From: a virus
Lineage: Duplodnaviria > Caudoviricetes
Length of the DNA: 64,000 nucleotides
Virus record (IMG/VR): IMGVR_UViG_3300037067_006113
Location: 51,272-115,271 of that record
Direction: 5' to 3' (one strand)
Below are positions 55,294 to 64,000 of the stretch, piece by piece. The translations under genes were made by a program, and so were the position numbers. Below the pieces are notes generated by a model. The model ran no database searches and was not told the origin of the DNA. It saw nothing but the letters and a program-made list of their open reading frames with translations. Within the stretch, counting starts at the first letter, position 1. Every line of letters starts with the position of its first letter.

Positions 55294-57105
55294 TTATCCT
55301 TTAATTTTTTTTGAGTATTCAGCACGGATCTTTTGTGTCATGGCGAACAAGTTAGGATTGCCGTAGTTATCCTTTCGGACTTGAGCAATCTTCTCATCCA
55401 TTTCTTGTTTTAAGGTTTTAGCGTCAACATGTTCTGTATCGTCATCGCCAATTCCTTTTTCAAGTTCTATGGTTTTTCTTGTTGCTGGTTCATTCTCTAA
55501 CTCTGCAACTCTTTTAACAAGAGCATCATTAGTATCAAGAATCTTCTTCATTCCTTCAGTTAAAGTCTGAATGGATTTTAGAAGTTCAGTAGCTGGTTCA
55601 GTAGATTTATCTTCAGTTTTATCTTCGGGTTTGTTTTCATCTGATTTATCAGATTCTTTACCCGCAGGAACTTCTGGTTCTACTTCGGTTTCGCCTTCCT
55701 TTTTATCCTTACCTTCCTCACCTGATGACTCTTCAGATTCACCACCATTAGTTTCAGATTTATCTTCGGCTGGTTTAGCTTCTTCAGTTTCTACTTCTGT
55801 TTCATCAGTTTTATCTGTTTCTACAGTTGTTTCTTCTGCTTTAGCACCTTCCTCAGGTTTTACTTCAGCTTCTTCGGCTTTAGCTTCCTCTGCTTTTGGG
55901 GCTTCCTCGTTAGACTCATTATCTGGGGTTGCTGGGGTTTCAACCGCTTCGCCTTCAGGTACAGCTACGGTATCAGCTTCTTGGGCTTCTTCAGCTTCCA
56001 GTGAGACATCTTTGTTCATAGGAAAACTCCTTTCAATTAATACATTATCTAACAATTTAATTTGACTTTCTGATAGGATATTTAATCCAGCATAAGTCAA
56101 TTCTAACAATAAATCTGCTTCAAGGTTTTGAATGGTTCTTACAATGTTTCTAGCAATATCTCTTAGTTTCTTTTCCTTCTTTGTTTCAAGTGTATCATTT
56201 TCAATGTCAATACTCTTTTGAGCCGCTTCAAATGATCCTTTATGGCTAGTACAATGACTTCTAGCGTCATCAGCAGACCATGTATCCTTATTATATCGGT
56301 ATGCTTGTTCAGACATAGTATTTTTACCCTTTAGTCTGCCCATAATTACTCGATATTTTTTACCATTGTGATCTCTATCGGTACTTCTAAATGAACCGTC
56401 TTTGAAATCCCCTGGATCTCTTAGTCTACATGCATGCTCATTTGGATAAGGTTTACTTATTTCAAATGATTCATAAATTTCATTATCTAATTCTTCTTCT
56501 TCCGCCTCTATCTTTTTAACAAGTAGATCACTATCTTCTTGTATAGATTTGGCAATTGCACCTACCCAAGTCTTCGGATTAGCTGGGCTTGAAGTAACTG
56601 CAATATGGTCAAGTTCGATATTCTTATAGTGACGAACCCATTTGGTTTCTATTTCACCAGTTTCTTCATTTTTGAATTCTTCTTTGACCATCTCATACTC
56701 TTTGACGTAACCACCAATAGATAAACCTAATTTTTTATTTAGGCTAGTAAGTGCATACCATAAGTCGTGAGACTTACTCATATCATTAAGTTCAGACTCA
56801 ATTAAAAGTCTGTTGTCTTCTGATACATCTAATTTGGAAATATCACCTAACTCACTTTGCCACGAAGTGTCATGTTCAGCATTAAGCCTAATGACATGGA
56901 ATTTAAGCGATTCAGCCATTGATTTAATAGCTGACGGATCCATTCTATCTCCGTGTAAGTCGAGATCGGTAGAAGAGGCTACGCCTTCAACATATTTTTT
57001 CTCTACGTCATTCCCATCAGCATCCTTTACTATAGCAATTCTAGTTTTAAGAATTGGCAACGTAAACTTAAAATGCTGAAAAGATTGTGTTTCTGTATTA
57101 GTCAT
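55294..57105 (-). CDS. prohead protease fused to extra domain and acidic scaffold
   Basis: VEGVAS...D..GD, H, GLSIGG, L..IAV...PANP; acidic EEAK linker; start ATG 57105. Confidence 0.85.
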   Translation of the reverse strand: MTNTETQSFQHFKFTLPILKTRIAIVKDADGNDVEKKYVEGVASSTDLDLHGDRMDPSAIKSMAESLKFHVIRLNAEHDTSWQSELGDISKLDVSEDNRLLIESELNDMSKSHDLWYALTSLNKKLGLSIGGYVKEYEMVKEEFKNEETGEIETKWVRHYKNIELDHIAVTSSPANPKTWVGAIAKSIQEDSDLLVKKIEAEEEELDNEIYESFEISKPYPNEHACRLRDPGDFKDGSFRSTDRDHNGKKYRVIMGRLKGKNTMSEQAYRYNKDTWSADDARSHCTSHKGSFEAAQKSIDIENDTLETKKEKKLRDIARNIVRTIQNLEADLLLELTYAGLNILSESQIKLLDNVLIERSFPMNKDVSLEAEEAQEADTVAVPEGEAVETPATPDNESNEEAPKAEEAKAEEAEVKPEEGAKAEETTVETDKTDETEVETEEAKPAEDKSETNGGESEESSGEEGKDKKEGETEVEPEVPAGKESDKSDENKPEDKTEDKSTEPATELLKSIQTLTEGMKKILDTNDALVKRVAELENEPATRKTIELEKGIGDDDTEHVDAKTLKQEMDEKIAQVRKDNYGNPNLFAMTQKIRAEYSKKIKG

Positions 57106-57112
57106 ATATATT

Positions 57113-57403
57113 TTATAGCTTAAACAATTTTTTATATTCCTCTGGATCGTATATTTTAAGTGGTTTAAAATCAAACCTTCCTTCTTTACCCGAACACCAG
57201 TCTTCAAGTTTCATGAATGGTGGTATTGTTTTACTGTTGGTAGGACACCATTGTATATCTTTATAAGTCATAGATAAAAATGATTCTCCATCTTTATCAT
57301 CTACCTCGGTAACAAACCTTTTCTTGAAACTATATTTTTTCTTTGTTGTTAGTCCATTTAAGTTTATAGCAGAATAGTATCCACAATTGTAGATTATAAA
57401 CAT
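57113..57403 (-). CDS. hypothetical protein
   Basis: Start ATG 57403, just after leader hairpin. Confidence 0.6.
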   Translation of the reverse strand: MFIIYNCGYYSAINLNGLTTKKKYSFKKRFVTEVDDKDGESFLSMTYKDIQWCPTNSKTIPPFMKLEDWCSGKEGRFDFKPLKIYDPEEYKKLFKL

Positions 57404-57422
57404 AATAGACCTATTATACAAC

Positions 57423-57483
57423 AAAAAAGAGTTCCTTTAAGAATACTCCCAGTTTAGACGGGAAACTCTTAACTAGAACTCTT
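57423..57483 (-). terminator. terminator/attenuator in head-operon leader
   Basis: AAGAGTTC..TTAAGAGT..TCCC(loop)GGGA..ATTCTTAA..GAACTCTT then TTTT. Confidence 0.7.
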
Positions 57484-57499
57484 AACTAAAACTAAGACA

Positions 57500-57529
57500 A
57501 GTATAGAGATACTATACGGCACTTGTCAA
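57500..57529 (-). promoter_or_regulatory. promoter TTGACA-18-TATACT
   Basis: Near consensus, upstream of head genes. Confidence 0.65.
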
Positions 57530-57539
57530 CACTATAGTG

Positions 57540-57671
57540 TTATTTACTTACTTTTGATACTTTGGAGGAACCACAAACTGGACATTTCTTCATTACAGTT
57601 TTCACAAATTTATCTGAAGTATCATCATCAAATATTGTTCCGCATATATTACATTGGTACTTTCTACTCAT
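57540..57671 (-). CDS. small zinc-ribbon (FmdB-like) protein, 43 aa
   Basis: Hand translation MSRKYQCNICG..F...KCPVCGSSKV; GGAGG SD. Confidence 0.65.
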   Translation of the reverse strand: MSRKYQCNICGTIFDDDTSDKFVKTVMKKCPVCGSSKVSKVSK

Positions 57672-57684
57672 TTAATTCCGCCTC

Positions 57685-58311
57685 CTAACTCTTTTTACTT
57701 ATATCCAGGTGTTTTATATATACATCTTCTTTATAAGCAAATTTATATCCTACTGATCTTATTCTATCACAAAATTCCATATCATCATGATGATAATTTG
57801 GATTATACCTTCCATCAAACCCATTAGAGTCTTCAAACCATGCTTTTGTTCTACCAATCATACATATTCCACCTAACGCATATGTGAATCCAAGTTCTTT
57901 ATCTTTATCATATGCATATCTTGGTATACCACCTCTATTGTCTAATAATCCGAGAATGAATGGTGAAATGATTAATTTCTTTCTTAATACAAGTAAACAC
58001 TTTTCTAGCCAACTATCAGTTATGATTAAGGCGTCATTATCTAATTTGATAATAACATCATAATTTCTGCCAATTTGTTCTAGTGCAAAACAATCACCAG
58101 CATTAATACCAATATTTTTAGGTAACGGAAATACATATAGGTTTCCGATTTTATACTTAAATGTTTTCAACCATTTTAAGGTTTCATCTGTACTTCCTTG
58201 GTCAATAATATAGTGGTCAAACGGTATATGTGTATTTTTATCTATACTTTCTAATGTTTGTTTAGTTAATTCAATTCGGTTTTTAGTTAATGTAAATATT
58301 GCGACTTTCAT
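57685..58311 (-). CDS. GT-A (GT2) glycosyltransferase
   Basis: IIDQGSTD.T, N.G, KLDND, DD..FC.R. Confidence 0.85.
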   Translation of the reverse strand: MKVAIFTLTKNRIELTKQTLESIDKNTHIPFDHYIIDQGSTDETLKWLKTFKYKIGNLYVFPLPKNIGINAGDCFALEQIGRNYDVIIKLDNDALIITDSWLEKCLLVLRKKLIISPFILGLLDNRGGIPRYAYDKDKELGFTYALGGICMIGRTKAWFEDSNGFDGRYNPNYHHDDMEFCDRIRSVGYKFAYKEDVYIKHLDISKKS

Positions 58312-58538
58312 TATATATCATTATTAAATAACCAATTAAGTAATGCTCCCCAATAACTACCTTTATATACCATCATTTTTCCATTAAAAGGTATAAGATC
58401 AAGTATAAAAGCCCAAAGACCATCTATACAATTACAATTTTCATTTGTGCATAGAAACATTGGTAATCCCATATATATGACCTTTACCATTTTGGTTTTG
58501 CAAAATTTGCATTTCATTCTAAGGTTCTCCCCATCCAT
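58311..58538 (-). CDS. small Cys-rich protein
   Basis: CKFC...C....C.C. Confidence 0.55.
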   Translation of the reverse strand: MDGENLRMKCKFCKTKMVKVIYMGLPMFLCTNENCNCIDGLWAFILDLIPFNGKMMVYKGSYWGALLNWLFNNDI

Positions 58539-59259
58539 CTAAGTTTCTAACTAATGGTTTGTTTATAGTTTGATAGTATTTTGTATTTTCATTAAGAGTT
58601 TCTTGAGAAGCTGGTTCATGCCATTGGTGGTACATTTGTGTTTTATCTGTAATCCAAACAACTTTATAACCGTCAGAAATAGCTCTATCTACTAAATCAT
58701 TATCCTCTCTACCCCAATAAGTGTAAAATTCGTCATATCCATGTACTTTATTGATCCAATCTCTTTCTATAGCAATACAACTTCCAGAGGCAGAAGGTTC
58801 ATGAATTCCAAAGTTGGTGCCAAATCTATCTAAATCCATTTTTTGGCATAAAACTATTGATTTTGGATTTACTTCAAAGGCACTTATAACTTCTTGGATA
58901 AAGTTAGGTGCAAATATGATATCTATATCAGTTGAGAGAATGTATTTCGTATCAACTTTTCTAAGACCAATATTTAATGCTCGGCATTTATTAAATGTTT
59001 CTGTGTTTCTAGTTACTTCAATAAAATTTACAAACGAGTTAAATTTTCTTACTAATTCTCTTTCCCAAAATATATTTACTGTATCACTTCCATAATCAAC
59101 CAAAATTACTTTACATGGAACTATTTGATTTTTTAGACTTTCCAAACAATTATTTAATCTCGTACTATCACGATTTTTAATTACCATTACAACAGTTATT
59201 AAATTTAATTCTTGTTCGATCATCTTATATTCTGTCACTCTGGCGTGACAACCCAACAA
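58519..59259 (-). CDS. GT-A glycosyltransferase (GT2 with GT7-like C-terminus)
   Basis: VDYGS, N...A.N.G, TDID, GYDE.Y..WGREDND. Confidence 0.85.
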   Translation of the reverse strand: MLGCHARVTEYKMIEQELNLITVVMVIKNRDSTRLNNCLESLKNQIVPCKVILVDYGSDTVNIFWERELVRKFNSFVNFIEVTRNTETFNKCRALNIGLRKVDTKYILSTDIDIIFAPNFIQEVISAFEVNPKSIVLCQKMDLDRFGTNFGIHEPSASGSCIAIERDWINKVHGYDEFYTYWGREDNDLVDRAISDGYKVVWITDKTQMYHQWHEPASQETLNENTKYYQTINKPLVRNLDGWGEP

Positions 59260-59260
59260 A

Positions 59261-59902
59261 TTAATAAATAGGAGTTCCTATGTTCGAATCTCCCCACCAA
59301 TATTCGGTGATAATCTTTGGCACATGTACTATTTTCTTATTAGCTTTACCAAATCTAGTCATTAATAGCCAATCTGCCTTTCTTTCCCAGAATATATCCC
59401 AATACCCAATATCATTAATTGATTGGATTGTATGCATAATATCAGAAGTATCAATGTAGTTTCCATTATTTATACGATTAAGATCAAAGTCATAACTCAT
59501 TTTACCCATAAACCGTTTTTCATTTGGTATAGTTGATTTATAAACTCTATCTCCATAAACTACGTCCGCTTGAGTTTCGGTAATTACTTTATGGAGTACT
59601 TCTAAATGATCTGGCAAATAAACATTATCATCATCTAAATACGCAATATATTTACCACGCGAACACATGATTCCAACATTTTTTGGTCTAACTTGATATC
59701 CAGTATTCCATGGTAATCTTATTGGTATAATTCTATCTTCGCCATTTGGTATATTCATTGGTGGTAGTTCGTCAGAATGATCGTCAACCACAATAACTTC
59801 AAAGTTCTTAAAAGTTTGAGCCAATACACTATCTATAGCTCTTTGTAGTAATCCATTTCCTCTATTAAACGTACTTATAATAACTGAGATTTCTGGTTTC
59901 AT
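59261..59902 (-). CDS. GT-A (GT2) glycosyltransferase
   Basis: ISVIISTFNR, AI.SVL.QT..NFEVIVVDD.S, G.YIAYLDDD. Confidence 0.9.
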   Translation of the reverse strand: MKPEISVIISTFNRGNGLLQRAIDSVLAQTFKNFEVIVVDDHSDELPPMNIPNGEDRIIPIRLPWNTGYQVRPKNVGIMCSRGKYIAYLDDDNVYLPDHLEVLHKVITETQADVVYGDRVYKSTIPNEKRFMGKMSYDFDLNRINNGNYIDTSDIMHTIQSINDIGYWDIFWERKADWLLMTRFGKANKKIVHVPKIITEYWWGDSNIGTPIY

Positions 59903-61119
59903 TTACTTTTCCTTATAATAACCCAATACTCAAGAGTATCTCTCGTTTTCTTTTCTTCATATAATATCTGAACTTCTGGATAACTTAATAACTCTGCCTT
60001 AATCATAGTAGGACTATTAAACCATTGCGTATGTGAAGGATTATAACTTCTTGGATCTTGTTCCTCAATTGGAATTATTAAATATAACTTACCATTTGGT
60101 AAAAGTGCGTTAACAATACTTTTTATGGCCTTCTTAGCGTCATAACTATGCTCTAGAGTATGCGAACAGAAGATAATATCCCATTTACCACAAATGTTGT
60201 GTATATCTTGGTATTCAACGTTCACACCACGTTCTTTGGCTGCTTTAAGTTTGTTTTCGTCAATGTCTCCACCAACAATATTTATATCCGGTGCTGGAAG
60301 TTGTTTTCTAAGGTACTCTGTGCTCCAACCATCTCCACAACCCAAGTCAAGAATGAACTTTGGTTTGTCAGTCATATCCTTTAGTGCCCAACCTAGGGCT
60401 TCTTTTAAGAGTTCTTGATAGTGCGGATCTTTAGTAGTCCATGCACTGCCATTTATTTGTAAGTTATAGTAGTCCTCTGATTTTTTATTTATGTCAGTAA
60501 TAAGAGTCATTACCTCACTATATTTATCAATGGATTTTTTTAGGTGTTGCCCATGAATATCTGTTGCCATTGAGGCGATAATTTTTCCACCTGGTTTTAA
60601 GTGTTCTCCAAACATTTTAACTATTCTTATTGGATCAGGTATGTGCTCTAGGACACTATTGCAAGTAATATAATCGTAATATCCCTGTATATTATCTGGA
60701 TCATTCTCATACTTTATTTTGTCACCAAAAAACCATTTAGCAAACTCAAACGTCTTTCCAGGTATATCTGTATAAGTTATATCTGTTATTCCTTTTCTTA
60801 ATAGAACTTCGATAAATACGCCTGCACCACTTCCATAATCTAAAACTGAACCAGGTTTATTTACTATAATTTTCCAAAATGGTGAAAATGCGTTTTCCTC
60901 TCTATCTCTATAATATAGGACATTTCTGAAACAAAAATATGGACTTTCTGAGTATATTTTCTTAATTGCGTTATCATCTTCAGTTACTTTCGGCGTAAAT
61001 AATGGATCAAACACAATATTATCAGGCATACTTCCTATTTCTATAACCTCATCTTCGGTCATATTAAAATATTTTTTTAGTGCGTTTATATATTTTTCTG
61101 ATATTGATTGTTCATTCAT
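59899..61119 (-). CDS. tandem two-domain class I SAM methyltransferase
   Basis: VLDYGSG.G / VLEHI.DP and ILDLGCG.G / SHTLEH. Confidence 0.85.
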   Translation of the reverse strand: MNEQSISEKYINALKKYFNMTEDEVIEIGSMPDNIVFDPLFTPKVTEDDNAIKKIYSESPYFCFRNVLYYRDREENAFSPFWKIIVNKPGSVLDYGSGAGVFIEVLLRKGITDITYTDIPGKTFEFAKWFFGDKIKYENDPDNIQGYYDYITCNSVLEHIPDPIRIVKMFGEHLKPGGKIIASMATDIHGQHLKKSIDKYSEVMTLITDINKKSEDYYNLQINGSAWTTKDPHYQELLKEALGWALKDMTDKPKFILDLGCGDGWSTEYLRKQLPAPDINIVGGDIDENKLKAAKERGVNVEYQDIHNICGKWDIIFCSHTLEHSYDAKKAIKSIVNALLPNGKLYLIIPIEEQDPRSYNPSHTQWFNSPTMIKAELLSYPEVQILYEEKKTRDTLEYWVIIRKSK

Positions 61120-61646
61120 AAGAATCTAAATTCCGTATCTTTTGGCAATTTGAGGATATTATCAAAAGATTCTACTAAACCATTTTCGCACACGTCTTGT
61201 ACGTGTCCGTGACCGTACAATATATCAAGTGGATGTGGAGAATCCTTAATATTCCAATTATATTTAATTCCTTCTCTTGGATCATCTGGATGAATCATGA
61301 TTTTGTAACCAAGTTTGGTTAATCGTTCATACATAGTATCTGATAATTGCCAAAAAGGAGCACGATATACTTTCGCATATCTCTCTGCTGGAGCCATAAC
61401 TAAAAATGTTTCGCCTATATCTTCATTATTTATGTGACTTTTTCCATGAATACAAAGTTGAATCCAATCTAATGATAAAATATAGTGTCTAAAGTCTATT
61501 GGCATTTGATCTGGAATAGCAAATAAATTCACTTTGAAATTAGGAAATTCTTTTTTTAATATCCAAAGCCAATCAAGACGATTATTAGATTCCGAGAAAT
61601 CATCAAAGTCTAAGTAACATATTTTATTTGTATTATCTAGTGTCAT
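61116..61646 (-). CDS. polysaccharide deacetylase-like (NodB/DUF2334) protein
   Basis: DFDD, LF.IP, HG..H, RAP.W. Confidence 0.7.
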   Translation of the reverse strand: MTLDNTNKICYLDFDDFSESNNRLDWLWILKKEFPNFKVNLFAIPDQMPIDFRHYILSLDWIQLCIHGKSHINNEDIGETFLVMAPAERYAKVYRAPFWQLSDTMYERLTKLGYKIMIHPDDPREGIKYNWNIKDSPHPLDILYGHGHVQDVCENGLVESFDNILKLPKDTEFRFL

Positions 61647-62155
61647 TTTTGACTCTTTCTGGCAATAGCTGAAGTCAAATGCCCATTAACTAACCCGCAT
61701 GTTCCGAATTCAAAACCAATTTCATTTAATATTCTTTGCAATGCCTTATGAGATATTCTCCAGTAATCATCATATTTTGGTTGACCATGATATTCATATA
61801 TAAAGGGGCAGTCAATAATTAAGAAACCACCTTTCTTAAGTAATCTATGGCATTCCTCTATTGCTTTTCTGAAATCAAATATATGTTCTAATGTTTGACT
61901 ACATATTATCAAGTCCCATTCTTCACTTGGCAATTTGGAATCACATATATCGGCAACAATATCTGGATTAGTTTCTGCTACTATATCAAGAGTTTTATAA
62001 TCATTTCCAATACCGAAATACTTATAATTACCACCAGGTTTAGAATCACCATCAATTCCAATTTCCAAAACTTTCCAGTGTTTATTATCTGGGTTTATTC
62101 TATTATGATACATTTCCATTACTTCAAATATAGATTTTCTTACATCACTTGCCAT
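61643..62155 (-). CDS. class I SAM methyltransferase
   Basis: VLEIG, D.IICSQTLEH, LK.GG, DYWR. Confidence 0.85.
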   Translation of the reverse strand: MASDVRKSIFEVMEMYHNRINPDNKHWKVLEIGIDGDSKPGGNYKYFGIGNDYKTLDIVAETNPDIVADICDSKLPSEEWDLIICSQTLEHIFDFRKAIEECHRLLKKGGFLIIDCPFIYEYHGQPKYDDYWRISHKALQRILNEIGFEFGTCGLVNGHLTSAIARKSQK

Positions 62156-62156
62156 A

Positions 62157-62741
62157 TTAGATAAGTTTCCTTAATATAAATAAACCATTATAACTTGATA
62201 CTATTACCTTTTCATATTGGTTCTTATGTTCGTCTAAGAAACTATTTAGAGCATCATTTACTGTTTTACATTCAAGAATATCATGACCTAATATATAACC
62301 AAATTGTCGAATAATCTTATCGCATACCATAATATCTCTTAAAGCTGGTTCAAATTCATGACCATCATCAATAAATGCCATATCAAATTTAGCACGTTCT
62401 TTATGTTGTATTTCTAATATATCGGTAGGAGAAGAACCAATAATACACTTAACATAATTTTCTAATTTCTGACTTTTAATAAATTCCTCTTGTCCATAGT
62501 TCTTATTATCTATTGTCCAAAGTTTGCCAAATTTTGCGTCTTTTAAGGCCTGACCAATAGCAGAAGCACTTATTCCCTCGAATGTTCCAATTTCTACTAC
62601 TCTTCCAGGCTTAATCATTCGTGTAAATCCATATAGGAAATGAGCAGTTTCTTCTTCAACTGCCCAATCTTTGTGGTAGTGCATAGCTTTAGGTCTATTC
62701 CAATTTAGTCCCCATCTAGTTTGGGGTATTGCGTTTATCAT
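62157..62741 (-). CDS. Methyltransf_24-like O-methyltransferase
   Basis: VVEIGTFEG.S, FD.AFID..H, HD. Confidence 0.85.
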   Translation of the reverse strand: MINAIPQTRWGLNWNRPKAMHYHKDWAVEEETAHFLYGFTRMIKPGRVVEIGTFEGISASAIGQALKDAKFGKLWTIDNKNYGQEEFIKSQKLENYVKCIIGSSPTDILEIQHKERAKFDMAFIDDGHEFEPALRDIMVCDKIIRQFGYILGHDILECKTVNDALNSFLDEHKNQYEKVIVSSYNGLFILRKLI

Positions 62742-63331
62742 AAATCTACTATATATACAAACTCTATGGTATCAATACCATTTTCGTCCTTCCAATTTAA
62801 TCTATTCCATTCTGTTTCAAGTATAACTTTACCTGGAAAATTATTCCTTATTATATTTGGATCTGTAATTCTACTTGTATGGCAAGGAATATTATAAGGA
62901 TCATTAATTGGAACAATAATAATTAATCGTTTAAATACTCTTTTTGCTTCTGAAACCGCTTTATCAAAATCAAAAGAATGTTCCAATACATGGCTATATA
63001 ATCCCGTATCAAATTCTTTATCCTTAAAAAGTAGGTTTTCCATACAACCAACTACTGCATTTATACCTCGTTTCTTTGCCTCTTCAACTCTAGATTCAAT
63101 TAAATCGATTGCAACTACTTCTAATCCTAATTTCATTATTTCTGTTGAAGCATGACCAAAGTCACAACCAATTTCTGCGACTTTACCAATAAAATATTCT
63201 TTTAATTGGTTTACTGTATCTATTGATCTATTAATATGAGGTTGGTGTGCTATTTGACCTTCAATAGTAGAATCGTCAGTATTAGCTTCTGATTGTATTT
63301 TTATCGCTTCTTCTATGGTTAATATTTTCAT
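62738..63331 (-). CDS. class I SAM methyltransferase
   Basis: EIGC..G, F.DK.FD, SHVLEH. Confidence 0.8.
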   Translation of the reverse strand: MKILTIEEAIKIQSEANTDDSTIEGQIAHQPHINRSIDTVNQLKEYFIGKVAEIGCDFGHASTEIMKLGLEVVAIDLIESRVEEAKKRGINAVVGCMENLLFKDKEFDTGLYSHVLEHSFDFDKAVSEAKRVFKRLIIIVPINDPYNIPCHTSRITDPNIIRNNFPGKVILETEWNRLNWKDENGIDTIEFVYIVDL

Positions 63332-64000
63332 TTTATTGATTCCTCAAGTAATTGAACTGTTCTACTCCACGTATATTGTTTAGCAAACTCAATAGATTTA
63401 TTACTTAATTCTTCCATTAAACTTGGGTTGTCATATAACTTAGTTATTTTCTCAACTGCTTCCATTGACCAAAGATAATGGTTAATATCTCCATCAATAA
63501 TAAATCCTCTATCACCAACAAGATTTCTTACATTTCCACTATTGCTGGCTATAACTACACAACCAGCGGCCATAGCTTCTAATACAACGAGACAAAATGT
63601 TTCTTTATGGTGATCTGCAACTGGATAAAGAAATATCTGTGCTTGATTTAATCTATTAGTCATATCTTCTTTTCCAATCTGACCATTATATGAAATTCCA
63701 TTGCTAATCAGTTTGCTATAAATTGGTCTATATTGTTCATTGTCCCAACCCCACATTCCTCCGCCTCCATAAACATGAATAACAGCTTGTGGTATTTTAA
63801 GTTTTAATCTTTCCATAACTGGTATTAGTGCTAACATACCACCTTTACCTGGATGACCAGCATATGTAATATTGTAAGGTTGTTTTTGTGATTGATCACC
63901 AAAAAATTCAGGAGCAACACCTGGAGAAACTACTACCATTTTACTTACTAAATCACCTGGTAATTTTGAGGCAAAATAATCTCTATGCCATTCACTAACT
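63328..64000 (-). CDS. GT-B (GT4) glycosyltransferase, 5' end outside window
   Basis: ETFCLVVLEAMAAGC.VIAS EX7E motif. Confidence 0.85.
   Translation of the reverse strand, partial: VSEWHRDYFASKLPGDLVSKMVVVSPGVAPEFFGDQSQKQPYNITYAGHPGKGGMLALIPVMERLKLKIPQAVIHVYGGGGMWGWDNEQYRPIYSKLISNGISYNGQIGKEDMTNRLNQAQIFLYPVADHHKETFCLVVLEAMAAGCVVIASNSGNVRNLVGDRGFIIDGDINHYLWSMEAVEKITKLYDNPSLMEELSNKSIEFAKQYTWSRTVQLLEESIK

Noticed and set aside
454-62164. Plus-strand ORFs antisense to minus-strand genes (e.g. 3079-3543, 31949-32443, 55571-56065) and minus ORF 21931-22125
   Set aside because: Shadow frames of real genes or tRNAs; low complexity, no RBS
1-64000. Alternative genetic code (TAG or TGA recoding)
   Set aside because: Long genes are uninterrupted in code 11, and TAA, TAG and TGA all occur as stops at tight gene junctions

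Overview
This AT-rich 64-kb window is part of a large tailed (siphovirus-like) phage genome using the standard genetic code. The host is probably a monoderm bacterium: sigma70-type promoters, GGAGGTG Shine-Dalgarno sites, M23 endolysin, no obvious spanins. A CPR/Patescibacteria or Firmicutes-like host is an inference only. Layout: (i) 1-19650, leftward early/middle region of small ORFs (MoxR/RavA ATPase plus partial VWA-like partner, SLT transglycosylase, WGR, RNase H, YkgJ-like, many hypotheticals). (ii) 19916-22689, rightward array of 22 CCA-encoded tRNAs. (iii) 23200-57400, leftward lysis, tail, neck and head genes, including a 2367-aa repeat-rich virion protein, tape measure, frameshifted tail chaperone, major capsid and protease/scaffold. 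(iv) 51250-53400 and 57685-64000, glycosyltransferase/methyltransferase genes embedded among the head genes. The most striking unexplained structure is an RNA-level architecture at 13.8-19.4 kb. Three unrelated ORFs are each enclosed by a 10-bp long-range stem whose arms covary between copies. Each starts at an rRNA-leader boxA-like motif and is followed by a conserved TGA/ATGA internal-loop hairpin, of which there are 6-7 copies. A fourth stem-enclosed ORF and two tRNA-mimic ncRNAs with expanded anticodon domains also occur. Everything was read by eye; no database or folding software was run.
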